From Candidatus Saccharimonadota bacterium (GTDB lineage: Bacteria; Patescibacteriota; Saccharimonadia; CAILAD01; BJGX01): DNA of 64,000 nucleotides. A program made the translations under genes and the position numbers. Every line of letters starts with the position of its first letter. The first letter of the stretch is position 1. The DNA lies in contig DAOLHK010000002.1 in the NCBI GenBank assembly GCA_035329105.1, forward strand, positions 5,557 through 69,556, written 5' to 3'. Of the stretch, positions 10,269-20,579 are shown piece after piece. The notes beneath the pieces were generated by a model. The model was not told the origin of the DNA. It did not search any database and saw nothing but the letters and a program-made list of their open reading frames with translations.

Positions 10269-10312
10269 GGCTCTTTGACTTCGGAAATTTCTGAAGTTAA
10301 GGAGCCTTTCTC
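10269..10312 (+). terminator. Intrinsic terminator
   Basis: GGCTCTTTGACTTCGGA...TCTGAAGTTAAGGAGCC then TTTCT. Confidence 0.7.
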
Positions 10313-10394
10313 ATATTAATCAATCGCTTAAGAGTCTAGGATTAATGTCATCATATTTTCCAAGAATAATAATACTATTTATATTAATAAAATA

Positions 10395-11069
10395 TTAGAA
10401 ATCTATTAAATCGGGTCTATTGGCTTTGGTCTTTATGATAGCCTGTTCTTTGCGCCATTGATTGATTTGGGCATGGTTACCACTTCTTAATACATCAGGT
10501 ACTTTTTTACCTCTGAAATCTTCAGGTCGAGTGTACTGGGGATATTCTAGTAACCCAGCTGAGAATGACTCGTCTTTATTAGACTGATCATCACCTAGCA
10601 CACCTGGAATGAGTCGTACTACACTATCTACGATAGCCATGGCAGGTATCTCACCACCAGTTAGTACGAAGTCACCCAAAGATATCTCGTGGTCAACAAT
10701 ACTCATTATACGCTCGTCGAATCCTTCATAATGACCACATAGTATTATTAAGCACTCTTCTTTGACTAAGTTTTTTGCCATTGTTTGGTTGTATTTCTTA
10801 CCCCTCGGAGTAGTGATAATGACTTTACTGTTTTTCTCTTTTTTCTGGATTGACTCAACAGCATCAAAGATCGGCTCAGGCTTTAGCACCATCCCAGCAC
10901 CTCCACCATACGGCGTGTCATCCACTGTATTTCTTGGTCCAATGCCAAACTCTCGCAAATCAACCAACTCATACTCAACCAGCTTTTGATCTTGAGCCTT
11001 TGCAAGCATAGACATACCAATCACTGGCCTAAACATGTCCGAAAATAATGTAACTATATAAATTTTCAT
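10395..11069 (-). CDS. trmD: tRNA (guanine-N1)-methyltransferase
   Basis: VDDTPYGGGAGM, CGHYEGFDER, SLGDFVLTGGE. Confidence 0.97.
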   Translation of the reverse strand: MKIYIVTLFSDMFRPVIGMSMLAKAQDQKLVEYELVDLREFGIGPRNTVDDTPYGGGAGMVLKPEPIFDAVESIQKKEKNSKVIITTPRGKKYNQTMAKNLVKEECLIILCGHYEGFDERIMSIVDHEISLGDFVLTGGEIPAMAIVDSVVRLIPGVLGDDQSNKDESFSAGLLEYPQYTRPEDFRGKKVPDVLRSGNHAQINQWRKEQAIIKTKANRPDLIDF

Positions 11070-11108
11070 AAAATTAGCAAACAGAATATGAGGATAAGAT
11101 ACTGTATA

Positions 11109-11537
11109 CTAGATGTCTGTATCTAGATCTTCAATACCTTCCCTGGCCTTTGCTTTGATATCAGCAACTCTGTTGTCAGTATCGTTTTCAGAAGTCTCTT
11201 CTTCACTATCTTCTGATAATTGACTAGATTCATCGTGATCGCTAGGTTCTTTGTTGCTGCTCTCTGAGTGGTTTCTATCCGAACCCTCTGGCTCTGCAAT
11301 CTTGAGATTGTATCGGGCATCGTCTTTCGCGCCAAGTACTCTTAGCAGAGTTCGTATCGACTTCGCTGTAGCACCACCCTTACCAATTATCTTACCCATA
11401 TCGCTTGGATCGACACTCAATTCCAACAATACACCCCTATCGTCTACTGTTCTGGTTATGACAACTTTGTCTGGATTGTCTACTAGTTCTTTGACAACAT
11501 ATTCAACAAATTCTTGATCTTTATGTGTTTCACTCAT
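11109..11537 (-). CDS. khpA: KH-domain RNA-binding protein (KhpA family) with acidic tail
   Basis: DMGKIIGKGG..AKSIRT; located between rpsP and trmD. Confidence 0.85.
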   Translation of the reverse strand: MSETHKDQEFVEYVVKELVDNPDKVVITRTVDDRGVLLELSVDPSDMGKIIGKGGATAKSIRTLLRVLGAKDDARYNLKIAEPEGSDRNHSESSNKEPSDHDESSQLSEDSEEETSENDTDNRVADIKAKAREGIEDLDTDI

Positions 11538-11632
11538 TTCAGAATCTCCTTTGATATTAACTTAATAATTACATTATACAATCACAATGTGTTTTTAGCA
11601 AAATATTTTCAAAGTCTGATATTTTGGCTTTA

Positions 11633-12145
11633 CTATTCTTTTGATTGAGATTCTAAAGTTTTTTCAACAGCATCGGCTACTTTCTCGGTAACCTCAGCTT
11701 GTTCTTTTAGGTCTTCGGCTTCTTTTTGAGTACCTACATCATTTTTGATCTGCTCAGCTTTGTCCTGAGATTTATCAGTACTTGCTTGTGCAACTTCATC
11801 AGTAGCTTCTGGTGTTTCTTCTGTAGTTTCTGAAGAATCTGCTTTTTCTGAAGATTCATCTACTTCTTTTTTGGTCTTTTTAAACCGATCGTGGGTCTTC
11901 GCCCACTTTGGAAGATCGATGCCTTCTTTGATAAATATCCTAAGAACTCTATCAGAAGCTTGGGCTCCGTTGTCTAAATACTTTTGAATCTCTTCTTTTT
12001 TTAGGTTCACCTGTTTGGTATGTGGATTGTAAGTCCCAAGTATTGCTAAGAATTTAGAAGTAACTGCACGTCTTTTATCTGCAGCTACTATTCTGTATGT
12101 TGGATATTTATGACGACCGTGTCTGGCCAAACGAATTACTACCAT
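11633..12145 (-). CDS. rpsP: 30S ribosomal protein S16 with acidic C-terminal extension
   Basis: MVVIRLAR.G..K.P.YRIV, LGTYNP, GAQ.S. Confidence 0.95.
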   Translation of the reverse strand: MVVIRLARHGRHKYPTYRIVAADKRRAVTSKFLAILGTYNPHTKQVNLKKEEIQKYLDNGAQASDRVLRIFIKEGIDLPKWAKTHDRFKKTKKEVDESSEKADSSETTEETPEATDEVAQASTDKSQDKAEQIKNDVGTQKEAEDLKEQAEVTEKVADAVEKTLESQSKE

Positions 12146-12245
12146 TTAGTTCCTGATTAAAGTTAATATTTATCTTAATTTGACTTTTGTACAAATCAAT
12201 ACGAATACAGACTATTTTACCTGTAAATTAGCATATTTGTCAATA

Positions 12246-14696
12246 CTAATTGGTCAACGTATATTCTTTGGCTGCTTGTAAATCAAGACCTAGTATCTCT
12301 GTACTATTGTTCTTTGAGCTTGTGATTCCAAACAGACTATTGGCGGTCTGCATCGTTTCTTGATTATGAGTAATAAGAATCACTTGAGAATGCTTTGCTA
12401 TTTCTGATAAAACCTTGGTAAACCTTTGAGAGTTTTCGTCATCTAGTGCTGCATCTACTTCATCCAGTACTATAAACGGACTTGGGTTATTAACTATAAT
12501 AGCTGATAGAAGCGCTATGGCGGCAAGAGCCTTTTCTCCGCCAGACAATGTATTGATATATCTGCTGCGCTTTCCAGGGGGGCTGACACGTATCTCGATG
12601 CCATAATCGCCCTCTAGGCTTTCGAGCTCCAATGCAGCATGGCCACCGCCAAATAAAGTCTTGAAATACATTTCAAAGGATTGATTGATCTTCTTAAATG
12701 ATTTTTCAAACTGTTTCTTTATATCATCTTGGAGTGATTCTATAAGGTTATTGGTATCTTTTATGGCATTCTGGAGATCTTTTTGCTGTTCTTTTAAAAA
12801 TTCTATTCTTGCACTAGACTCTCTGGCTTTGTCAATTATAGTTGGGTCCATCTCTTCTATAGATCTAAGTTCTACTGTGAGATTCTCTATGTCGCTAAGC
12901 GAATAAATTTTGCTCGTGGTAGGCATATATTTATCATAGTTTCTGATAGTCCAGTTATTTGCTTTCTCATCTAGATTTAATAAATTAATATTATTTTCTT
13001 CCAAATCTTTATTGAGCTGTTCAATGCCAAAATCCAATCTAGCTTTGGAGCTAATAAGACCTTCCAGCTCAGTTCCGTTTTGTAAATGTTTGTTTTTATT
13101 TTCATTGGAGCTATATAAGTTCTTACGCAACTCTTCTGTCTGAATGTTTACTCTTGCAAGTTCTTTTTCTATCTTACTTACATTGGATTGATATTTTTTT
13201 ATGTCTGAGTTGAGTTTATTTATTCTATTTGACTGTTCATTTAGATCGTCAAGTGTTTTGGTTAAGTCCTCTTGCAAACTTTTGTTTGCACTCAGATCCA
13301 ATTCCAAAGATCTCAAAAGTATTATATCCCTGGTCTGCTTTTCAATAATTTCTTCACGTCTGGACATGGTGCGTCCGATGGTATTTTGTAACTTACTAAA
13401 ACTAAGCGCCATTTCCGCAGCATCATCTTGTTCTGCTAAATCCAATATCTTTGTTATTTTTAGAATTATATCGTCAATCACTTTCCTTGATTTGCTCTGT
13501 CTGAGCTGTACTCGCGCTTCTTTAGCTAAACTTAAGGCGTGTAAGATATATTCCTTCTTTTGGCTTTTGCTTATTTGGAGTTGTAAAAAATCTAAATTTT
13601 TATTCAACCCCGAAAGCGAATCAGTAAGCTTATCGACTAATTTTTGTAGTTTTTTTATTTCACTATTTCTAGTATTAATTTCATAATCCAAACGAATTTT
13701 AGCAGCACTCAGTTTTTTGATTTCATTCTCAATAGATTTTTTTCTATTTAGATTTGGCTGAATAGATTCTTTTTCAGTTATCAGCTGCTCTAATTCACTC
13801 TTGTTTTCATACAGTTTTTTGGTAAGTTCATCTCTTCTGTTTTCAAGTACTTTTAGTTTATCAGCCTTATTGCTTATCGTATTACTATCTTTTTGAGAGA
13901 TATTTGAAGCCGCTTTAATATTTGATATTTTCTTTTCTATATCAGTCAATTCTGCTGAGCTAGTTTTTATTTGTTCGATAATAGTTTTTTTGTTTTTCTG
14001 GAGCATATCATACTGATGCTTGAGAAATGATTTTCGTGCAGTATAGAGCTTGTCTTTGATATCTTTTGCCCTTGACTGTGTTTCACTTTGTTTTTTTAGT
14101 ATCGATACAGCTGGACTTAGCTCGGATATGATAGTATTGACACTATCTAGATTGGTAATGGCTGACTTTAAGACCCTATATGCTTCCTCACGTCTTATAT
14201 CATACTGTCTTATACCGCTAGCTTCATCAAAAAGCATTTTCCTTTCAGATCCTGTGGAGGTCAGTATCTTATCTATCATGCCCTGGGCCACTACTGTGTA
14301 TGTTTTTGTACCAAATCCATTTTTTGCCAATAGCTCTTCTACGACCGAATAACGTACTTTTTTACCATTAAGAGTAAGTTCACTTTCACCTGACCTATAA
14401 AGCTTGCGTGATATTACAATATCATCTGAACCATCACCTTCGGTAAGTACAATACTTACTTGGGCCATACTGGCCTTGCGGCTATTCTTGGTACCGTGAA
14501 AAATCACATCTTCTGCCTTAGCCACCCTTAGCTTGGTAGGCTTTTGTTCACCCAAGACCCACTTGATGGCATCAGCTATATTACTTTTACCAGAGCCATT
14601 TGGTCCAATGATAGCTGTGATGCCTGGCTTAAATTGAAGCTGATTCTTATTCTCAAATGACTTAAATCCTGCAACTTCTAGTTTGCCTATTCGCAC
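12246..14696 (-). CDS. smc: SMC-family chromosome segregation ATPase (short form)
   Basis: GFKSF, GPNGSGKSN, QG, LSGGEK, LDEVDAALD, ITH; long coiled coil; GTG start after an AAGGAG SD. Confidence 0.85.
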   Translation of the reverse strand: MRIGKLEVAGFKSFENKNQLQFKPGITAIIGPNGSGKSNIADAIKWVLGEQKPTKLRVAKAEDVIFHGTKNSRKASMAQVSIVLTEGDGSDDIVISRKLYRSGESELTLNGKKVRYSVVEELLAKNGFGTKTYTVVAQGMIDKILTSTGSERKMLFDEASGIRQYDIRREEAYRVLKSAITNLDSVNTIISELSPAVSILKKQSETQSRAKDIKDKLYTARKSFLKHQYDMLQKNKKTIIEQIKTSSAELTDIEKKISNIKAASNISQKDSNTISNKADKLKVLENRRDELTKKLYENKSELEQLITEKESIQPNLNRKKSIENEIKKLSAAKIRLDYEINTRNSEIKKLQKLVDKLTDSLSGLNKNLDFLQLQISKSQKKEYILHALSLAKEARVQLRQSKSRKVIDDIILKITKILDLAEQDDAAEMALSFSKLQNTIGRTMSRREEIIEKQTRDIILLRSLELDLSANKSLQEDLTKTLDDLNEQSNRINKLNSDIKKYQSNVSKIEKELARVNIQTEELRKNLYSSNENKNKHLQNGTELEGLISSKARLDFGIEQLNKDLEENNINLLNLDEKANNWTIRNYDKYMPTTSKIYSLSDIENLTVELRSIEEMDPTIIDKARESSARIEFLKEQQKDLQNAIKDTNNLIESLQDDIKKQFEKSFKKINQSFEMYFKTLFGGGHAALELESLEGDYGIEIRVSPPGKRSRYINTLSGGEKALAAIALLSAIIVNNPSPFIVLDEVDAALDDENSQRFTKVLSEIAKHSQVILITHNQETMQTANSLFGITSSKNNSTEILGLDLQAAKEYTLTN

Positions 14697-14793
14697 TAGA
14701 ATCTCCTTACATTAGTTATTACATATTGTAGCTTAGAGCAGTTATGTTTAGCAATTATTGGATAAAATAAAACAACTCAAGTAAATATTGAAA

Positions 14794-15573
14794 TTATCTT
14801 GAGTTGCTCTGAAGCACTTCAGAGTTGATGATATTTTTGATTAGCTCCAGCACACCAATATCATTGACCATCAACACATGACCAGCCTTGAAAGCCAATA
14901 GCTCAATTTCTTCTGGTATTCTACCGTGTAGATGGTGATGAATGTTTGGGTGTGCTGCAAGGTATTTATGGACCATTGGCCCATTTGGATGAGCTGAACG
15001 GCTCGGGATGACGAATCTGTCATCCGTTGCGATGATGGAGTGAGTCGTAGGTCCAGAGTTCTGTGCTTCAAGATATCTACTCAGCCGTCTAAGAATCTCA
15101 CTATCACTAGACAAGTCCCGCACAACAGGTACAAAACTACCTACTAGCTTGGACAATCTAGACCTTGGTAGATTAGGCTTGAGCTGTACTACCCCTCTTG
15201 TGAACTGTCCTATGCCCTCAATAGCCAGTTTTATGGCCATACTTTGGGGATCAGTCCATGCCGTACCCTTGTAGGGTCCTGCAAGAGCAATTACAGTCAA
15301 TACTCTTTCTGGATATCTCATCGCCAATAGACCGGCGATAATTGCTCCCTGTGAATGACCAATCAATATTCTTGGCCCATGGCTTTTATCGAAATAAGTT
15401 GTGGCAATTTTATCAGTAGCCACCTCGATATCGCCTAGACCTAGATGTTGTATTGAGGTATATTGCGTATCAATACCCATGCTCTCCGGTACTGATATGA
15501 TGTTGCCATAATAGGGGCGCTCGCAAATCCAAGCTGCTAGCGTCCCGCCGATTACAAGGCATTCAATGCTCAT
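14794..15573 (-). CDS. Alpha/beta hydrolase (lipase/esterase-like)
   Basis: GHSQG nucleophile elbow, LAGPYKGT, D..V.P, GH; ATG 15573 after AGGAG. Confidence 0.8.
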   Translation of the reverse strand: MSIECLVIGGTLAAWICERPYYGNIISVPESMGIDTQYTSIQHLGLGDIEVATDKIATTYFDKSHGPRILIGHSQGAIIAGLLAMRYPERVLTVIALAGPYKGTAWTDPQSMAIKLAIEGIGQFTRGVVQLKPNLPRSRLSKLVGSFVPVVRDLSSDSEILRRLSRYLEAQNSGPTTHSIIATDDRFVIPSRSAHPNGPMVHKYLAAHPNIHHHLHGRIPEEIELLAFKAGHVLMVNDIGVLELIKNIINSEVLQSNSR

Positions 15574-15674
15574 CGTTACTCCTAAGAGCTCGTAGGAACG
15601 CAGCACTTTAAGCTGTTACCTATTATCTTACTCTACTTCACGAGTATTTTGTACAAATCGTAACAATAATTACC

Positions 15675-16376
15675 CTACTTCTTAATTGGTTTCTTGAGTT
15701 TTTTTAGACCACTTAGTGCTGCTGCTTGTTGAGCAGTTTGCTTACTATTACCAGAGCCTTCACCAAATTTTTCTTTACCTAGATATACTCCCATGATAAA
15801 AGTTTTGTCGTGATCTGGTCCACTTTCATCGAGCACCTTGTATATGGGTGTAATACCTTTCTTTTCTTGAGCCAATTCTTGAAAATTACTCTTAGCATCA
15901 ATATATGCGCCGGTCTTTATGATTTCTACTAGATTAGTGATCAAATTGGTTTCAATAAATTCTTTGGCGGTATCATATCCTTTATCTAGATATATTGCAC
16001 CAATATTTGCTTCTACTAAATTCGCGAGTAATGCTTGTCGGGTTCTGCCGCCAGTTTTTGCCTCCCCTCTACTCATCAGCAAGAACTGTCCAATATTTAG
16101 CTTGTCTGCAAGCTCTGCCAAAGACTCTGTTTTTACCAGTGCCGATCGCCAGGCAGTCAATTCGCCCTCTGGATTGGTATAGTTACGGTACAGATAATCT
16201 GTTACTACTAGTTCCAACACTGCATCACCTAAAAACTCTAGTCGTTCATTGTGCTCAAGCTTTGCCTTTCGATGCTCATTGATATAGCTCCTATGTGTGT
16301 AAGCTGTTTTTAGTAATTCTCTATTTTCAAACTTGACCTTGAGAATTTCTTCGATTTTTACCTGATCAAAAACCAT
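15675..16376 (-). CDS. rnc: Ribonuclease III
   Basis: THRSY, NERLEFLGDAVL, C-terminal dsRBD (GPDHDK.F). Confidence 0.96.
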   Translation of the reverse strand: MVFDQVKIEEILKVKFENRELLKTAYTHRSYINEHRKAKLEHNERLEFLGDAVLELVVTDYLYRNYTNPEGELTAWRSALVKTESLAELADKLNIGQFLLMSRGEAKTGGRTRQALLANLVEANIGAIYLDKGYDTAKEFIETNLITNLVEIIKTGAYIDAKSNFQELAQEKKGITPIYKVLDESGPDHDKTFIMGVYLGKEKFGEGSGNSKQTAQQAAALSGLKKLKKPIKK

Positions 16377-16378
16377 TT

Positions 16379-16990
16379 TTAAATCTTGTACCACTTTTTA
16401 ATTCTATTGATTGCTTCGCGCATAATTACTTTGGTAGCCTTATACTCTAGAATATCATAAGCTTGCTCAGCTTCAAACCACTGGACATCTACTATCCAAG
16501 GTACATCTTCCTCAGTTTGCATTTTTTCACTCAGATCAGTGGACTCTATTAAAAATATGAAATTCGTCATAAATATCAGCTTACCGTTGAGTCGATAAAA
16601 AAAATGGATTTTATCAAGTTGAGATATAATCTTTAAGCTCTTGAGATTGGTCTCTTCACTTACTTCACGTATGGCTGTTTGCTTGGCTGTTTCGCCAGAC
16701 TCAATGTGTCCTTTAGGTAGACTCCATCTAGCTTTCAAATCTTGTAAGAGAGCAATCTCAATAGTTTTGTCTTTGACGATTCTAAACACTATACCGCCGC
16801 TGGTATATTCTCTGACAGCTTTAGCCCTTGGTGGTCGCTGGGCTCCATGTCGTTTTTTCTTGTTACTTTTCTTATGTACTGACTTATTTGTCTGATTCGG
16901 TTGATTCAGACTTGGACTTTCCTTTTGACTTTGGTTTGTCGCTTGAGGATTCTTGTTCAGCTTGTAGTTTTTTGTCTTCTTTTGGTTCAT
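16379..16990 (-). CDS. NUDIX hydrolase
   Basis: LPKGHIESGETAKQTAIREVSEET Nudix box; nearest in-frame ATG lies inside nusB, so the start is uncertain. Confidence 0.8.
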   Translation of the reverse strand: MNQKKTKNYKLNKNPQATNQSQKESPSLNQPNQTNKSVHKKSNKKKRHGAQRPPRAKAVREYTSGGIVFRIVKDKTIEIALLQDLKARWSLPKGHIESGETAKQTAIREVSEETNLKSLKIISQLDKIHFFYRLNGKLIFMTNFIFLIESTDLSEKMQTEEDVPWIVDVQWFEAEQAYDILEYKATKVIMREAINRIKKWYKI

Positions 16991-17423
16991 AAAATTCACT
17001 ATTTCTATATATTGTACCAAGCACACCATTAATGAATTTGCTTGAGTTTTCTCCCCCAAATGACTTAGCCAGCTCGACTGCTTCGTTGATGGCTACTTTG
17101 GGCGGAACTTCTTTGGCAAACATTAGCTCATATACAGCCAATCGCAATATAGTCTTGTCGACTTTGGCAATTTGTTCGATTGGCCATTCAGGAGCTGCCG
17201 GTGCTATTATGTCATCTATCTTTTCTTTTTCTTTCAGTGTGTTCTTGACCAAACCTACTGTAAAGTCTGTTTCCTCCAACGAATCTGCATAAACCGCCAA
17301 ATTACGATTGAGTATCTCATCGATATCCGTTTTCAAATCAGCCATTTCTAAGCTGATTCGGAAATCGTATTCGTATAGTGTTTGTAATGCAATAATACGT
17401 GCTAGGTGTCTGTTAGATGCCAT
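16884..17423 (-). CDS. nusB: Transcription antitermination factor NusB
   Basis: R..AR..ALQ.LY, DK.ILRLA.YE, VAINEAVELAK.FG, FINGVL. Confidence 0.95.
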   Translation of the reverse strand: MASNRHLARIIALQTLYEYDFRISLEMADLKTDIDEILNRNLAVYADSLEETDFTVGLVKNTLKEKEKIDDIIAPAAPEWPIEQIAKVDKTILRLAVYELMFAKEVPPKVAINEAVELAKSFGGENSSKFINGVLGTIYRNSEFYEPKEDKKLQAEQESSSDKPKSKGKSKSESTESDK

Positions 17424-17479
17424 AATGATTACCTGTTAATGTAATTGTAACGTACTTTTTTCAACTATTGTTGAAATAA

Positions 17480-17650
17480 TTAAATGTTTTTTCTAATTCG
17501 TGCGATGTTTAGGGATGCTGCACGATGTAGTCTGCGGGGTAGATTGAGCTTTGAATTCTTTTCATACATCAATTGTAACGGTTTGACACTATCATGGCTT
17601 CGTCTTTGGCCACGAGTACTAGAAGTACGACGTTTTTTTGGTACTGGCAT
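17480..17650 (-). CDS. rpmF: 50S ribosomal protein L32
   Basis: MPVPKKRRTSS.RGQRRSH; follows YceD; AAGGA SD. Confidence 0.85.
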   Translation of the reverse strand: MPVPKKRRTSSTRGQRRSHDSVKPLQLMYEKNSKLNLPRRLHRAASLNIARIRKNI

Positions 17651-17663
17651 AAGTATGTCCTTT

Positions 17664-18056
17664 CTATAGTTTGTTTGATTTGATACCGGAGCATTTTTCA
17701 GAACATATCTGTTGCAATGGTAGTCCAAAAAGTATCTCTTGCCTTATGGTTTCTTCGACATCTATATCATTTTTGTCGATTGGCCACTCATCTTCGCTAG
17801 GATCATCACTATATAGTGCATGAAAATTGAGCTTTATGAGGCTTTGATATTTTTTGAGACATCGATTACAGTTCAACAAAATTACTACATTTCCAGTAAC
17901 GTGAGCATCGAATGATTCGTGACTAATTTTTGTTAATTTTACATCAAACGTGACTGGATTTAAAAGTTCAATATCATCTAGTTGAGAGATATCTAGCTTT
18001 AGCGTCTTTTGTGACCCATCGTTTTGACGGGAGAGTCCTAGAATGCTAATCGGCAT
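17664..18056 (-). CDS. YceD/DUF177 family protein
   Basis: CxRCL and C..xCxG motifs; upstream of rpmF. Confidence 0.85.
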   Translation of the reverse strand: MPISILGLSRQNDGSQKTLKLDISQLDDIELLNPVTFDVKLTKISHESFDAHVTGNVVILLNCNRCLKKYQSLIKLNFHALYSDDPSEDEWPIDKNDIDVEETIRQEILFGLPLQQICSEKCSGIKSNKL

Positions 18057-18098
18057 TTCACATATAACTGTAGCATAATATTGGCCTAATTACAAGTA

Positions 18099-20525
18099 CT
18101 AATTCTGTTGTTTGACGACGAAGTTTACAAGTCTTCCGGGTACTACAATCGTTTTTAATACTTCTAGATCTTTGGTGTAATTATTCTGGGTATTGAGTTC
18201 TATAGCTTTTTTCTCTAATATTTCTTTACTTGTGCCAGACTCTATGACAAATTCGCCACGTAATTTACCATTCACCTGTATCACAATAGTTTCTACATCA
18301 TCTTTTATAAGCTGTGGGTCGTATTTGGGCCAAGACTGGATGTGAACACTCTCCGTATTGCCTTGGTATTCCCATAGTTCTTCGCATAGATGAGGAGCAA
18401 ATGGCGCAAGAATTGTAGTAAACACTATCATCATATCTTGCCAAGCTCGTTTTGAAACAACTCCATCTTGCTTGAGTTTTCCCGCATAATTCACAAATTC
18501 CATCATTGCAGATATAGCAGTGTTGAATTTTACGTCTTTTAAATCTTCACTTACTTTTTTGATAAGTTTGTGCAATCTACTCTGTAGTTCTGCTTCTAGA
18601 ATAGAATCTACATCAACTTCTTGATATTCAATTGTGACCATATCCCATACCTTACCAATAAATCGATATGTTCCTTCAAATCTACCACTGTCCCAAGGAC
18701 CACCCTCTTCGTATGGACCCATGAACATCAAATATAGACGCAGCGCATCCGAACCATATTTATCTACGTACTCAGCCGGATCTATGACATTGCCCTTGGA
18801 CTTGCTCATCTTATTGCCATCAGGTCCTAATATCAGACCCTGATTGATTAGTTGTGTAAATGGTTCGGTAAAGTCGACAAGTTTTTGTTCATGCAAGAAT
18901 TTGGTAATAAATCGAGAATACAAAAGATGCAAAATAGCATGCTCTACTCCACCCATATACCTATTTACCGGAAGCCAAGTCTTAACTGCCTCGGGATCAA
19001 ATGCAGCCTTATCATAATTTACATTTGGATAGCGTAAATAATACCAGCTACTGTCTACAAAAGTATCCATAGTATCAGTCTCGCGTTTGGCATCAGCACG
19101 ACATTCTGGGCATGTTGTATGCAAGAATTCCTCATTAGTAAGCAATGGACTTCTTCCAGATTCGTCCATCTTTTGATTAAGTGGCAATAGTACCGGCAAA
19201 TCAGACTCAGGTACAGGCACTGTGCCACACTTATCACAATAGATAATAGGAATAGGTGCGCCCCAGTAACGTTGGCGTGATATTAGCCAGTCACGCAATC
19301 GGTAGTTGGTAACTTTTTGAGCTAAGCCTTTTTTTGAGAGGTCGTTCACTATTTTTTCTTTGGCAGTTTCTATATCTAAACCGTTGTAGTCTTGAGAATT
19401 TACTATCTTTCCTTCGCCGGTAAATGGGGATTCGGATACATCACCGCCACTGATAACTTCTACGATATTTAGTTTGAATTTTTTGGCAAAGGCATAGTCT
19501 CTATCATCATGCGCGGGAACTGCCATTATAGCTCCAGTACCGTAGCCCATGAGTACATAATCAGCCACCCAAATAGGTATCTTCTCATCATTGACAGGAT
19601 TGATGGCATACGAGCCTGTGAATACTCCTGTCTTATCTGCTTGGGACATACGGTCTATATCGGTCATTTTGCTAGCGCTATCTTTGTATTGCTGCACTTC
19701 TTCTTGCTGGTCTTTGGTAGTAATCTTTGTGACCAATGGATGCTCTGGCGCCATCACCATAAATGTCGCACCGAAGAGAGTATCAGCGCGAGTGGTGAAT
19801 ACTTCTAGTGTGTCTTTGTGGCCGTCAATACCGAATTGTATACTTGCTCCTTTACTTTTTCCTATCCAATTGCGCTGTTGCTGCTTGACTTGCTCTGGCC
19901 AGTCAAGCGAGTCCAGATCATTTAGCAAGGCATCGGCATAGTCAGTAATAGTAAAAAACCATTGCTTGAGTAGCTTGCGCTCTACTGTAGCGCCGCTACG
20001 ATCAGCCTTGCCATTTATCACTTGCTCATTGGCTAGTACAGTCTTGTCTACAGGGTCCCAATTGACAAAAGCTTCTTTTTGCACAGCTTTACCAGCCTTA
20101 AATAATTGCAAGAAAAGCCACTGTGTCCATTTATAATACTCAGGCTTTGAGGTATCTAGGTCTTTTTCCATATCATACATACCGCCGAGTCGTAAATATT
20201 GACGACGAAATGCTGCAACATTTTGAGCGGTCCATTCGTCGGCTGGTATTTTGCGCTTGATAGCTGCATTCTCAGCAGGCAATCCAAAGGCGTCATAACC
20301 TAGTGGCTGCAACACATCATATCCTTGCATACGAGCAAATCTACCAAGAGTATCTGCGGGTGCGAAATTGTACCAATGGCCTACATGGAGATCTCCGGAT
20401 GGATAAGGAAACATCACTAGGTTATAAAAAGGCTTTTTTGGATCCTCTGGAGTTTTGTATATTTTACTTTCTTCCCATATAGCTTGCCATTTGGGTTCTA
20501 TTTCTTTTGGATTGTATTTATTCAT
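18099..20525 (-). CDS. leuS: Leucine--tRNA ligase
   Basis: MFPYPSG.LHVGH, TTR.DT editing domain, DWLISRQRYWG, KMSKS. Confidence 0.97.
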   Translation of the reverse strand: MNKYNPKEIEPKWQAIWEESKIYKTPEDPKKPFYNLVMFPYPSGDLHVGHWYNFAPADTLGRFARMQGYDVLQPLGYDAFGLPAENAAIKRKIPADEWTAQNVAAFRRQYLRLGGMYDMEKDLDTSKPEYYKWTQWLFLQLFKAGKAVQKEAFVNWDPVDKTVLANEQVINGKADRSGATVERKLLKQWFFTITDYADALLNDLDSLDWPEQVKQQQRNWIGKSKGASIQFGIDGHKDTLEVFTTRADTLFGATFMVMAPEHPLVTKITTKDQQEEVQQYKDSASKMTDIDRMSQADKTGVFTGSYAINPVNDEKIPIWVADYVLMGYGTGAIMAVPAHDDRDYAFAKKFKLNIVEVISGGDVSESPFTGEGKIVNSQDYNGLDIETAKEKIVNDLSKKGLAQKVTNYRLRDWLISRQRYWGAPIPIIYCDKCGTVPVPESDLPVLLPLNQKMDESGRSPLLTNEEFLHTTCPECRADAKRETDTMDTFVDSSWYYLRYPNVNYDKAAFDPEAVKTWLPVNRYMGGVEHAILHLLYSRFITKFLHEQKLVDFTEPFTQLINQGLILGPDGNKMSKSKGNVIDPAEYVDKYGSDALRLYLMFMGPYEEGGPWDSGRFEGTYRFIGKVWDMVTIEYQEVDVDSILEAELQSRLHKLIKKVSEDLKDVKFNTAISAMMEFVNYAGKLKQDGVVSKRAWQDMMIVFTTILAPFAPHLCEELWEYQGNTESVHIQSWPKYDPQLIKDDVETIVIQVNGKLRGEFVIESGTSKEILEKKAIELNTQNNYTKDLEVLKTIVVPGRLVNFVVKQQN

Positions 20526-20579
20526 ATCTATATTGTACCGATTTTTTGTGATTATTCATATTGTATTGGGTCCGAGCGC

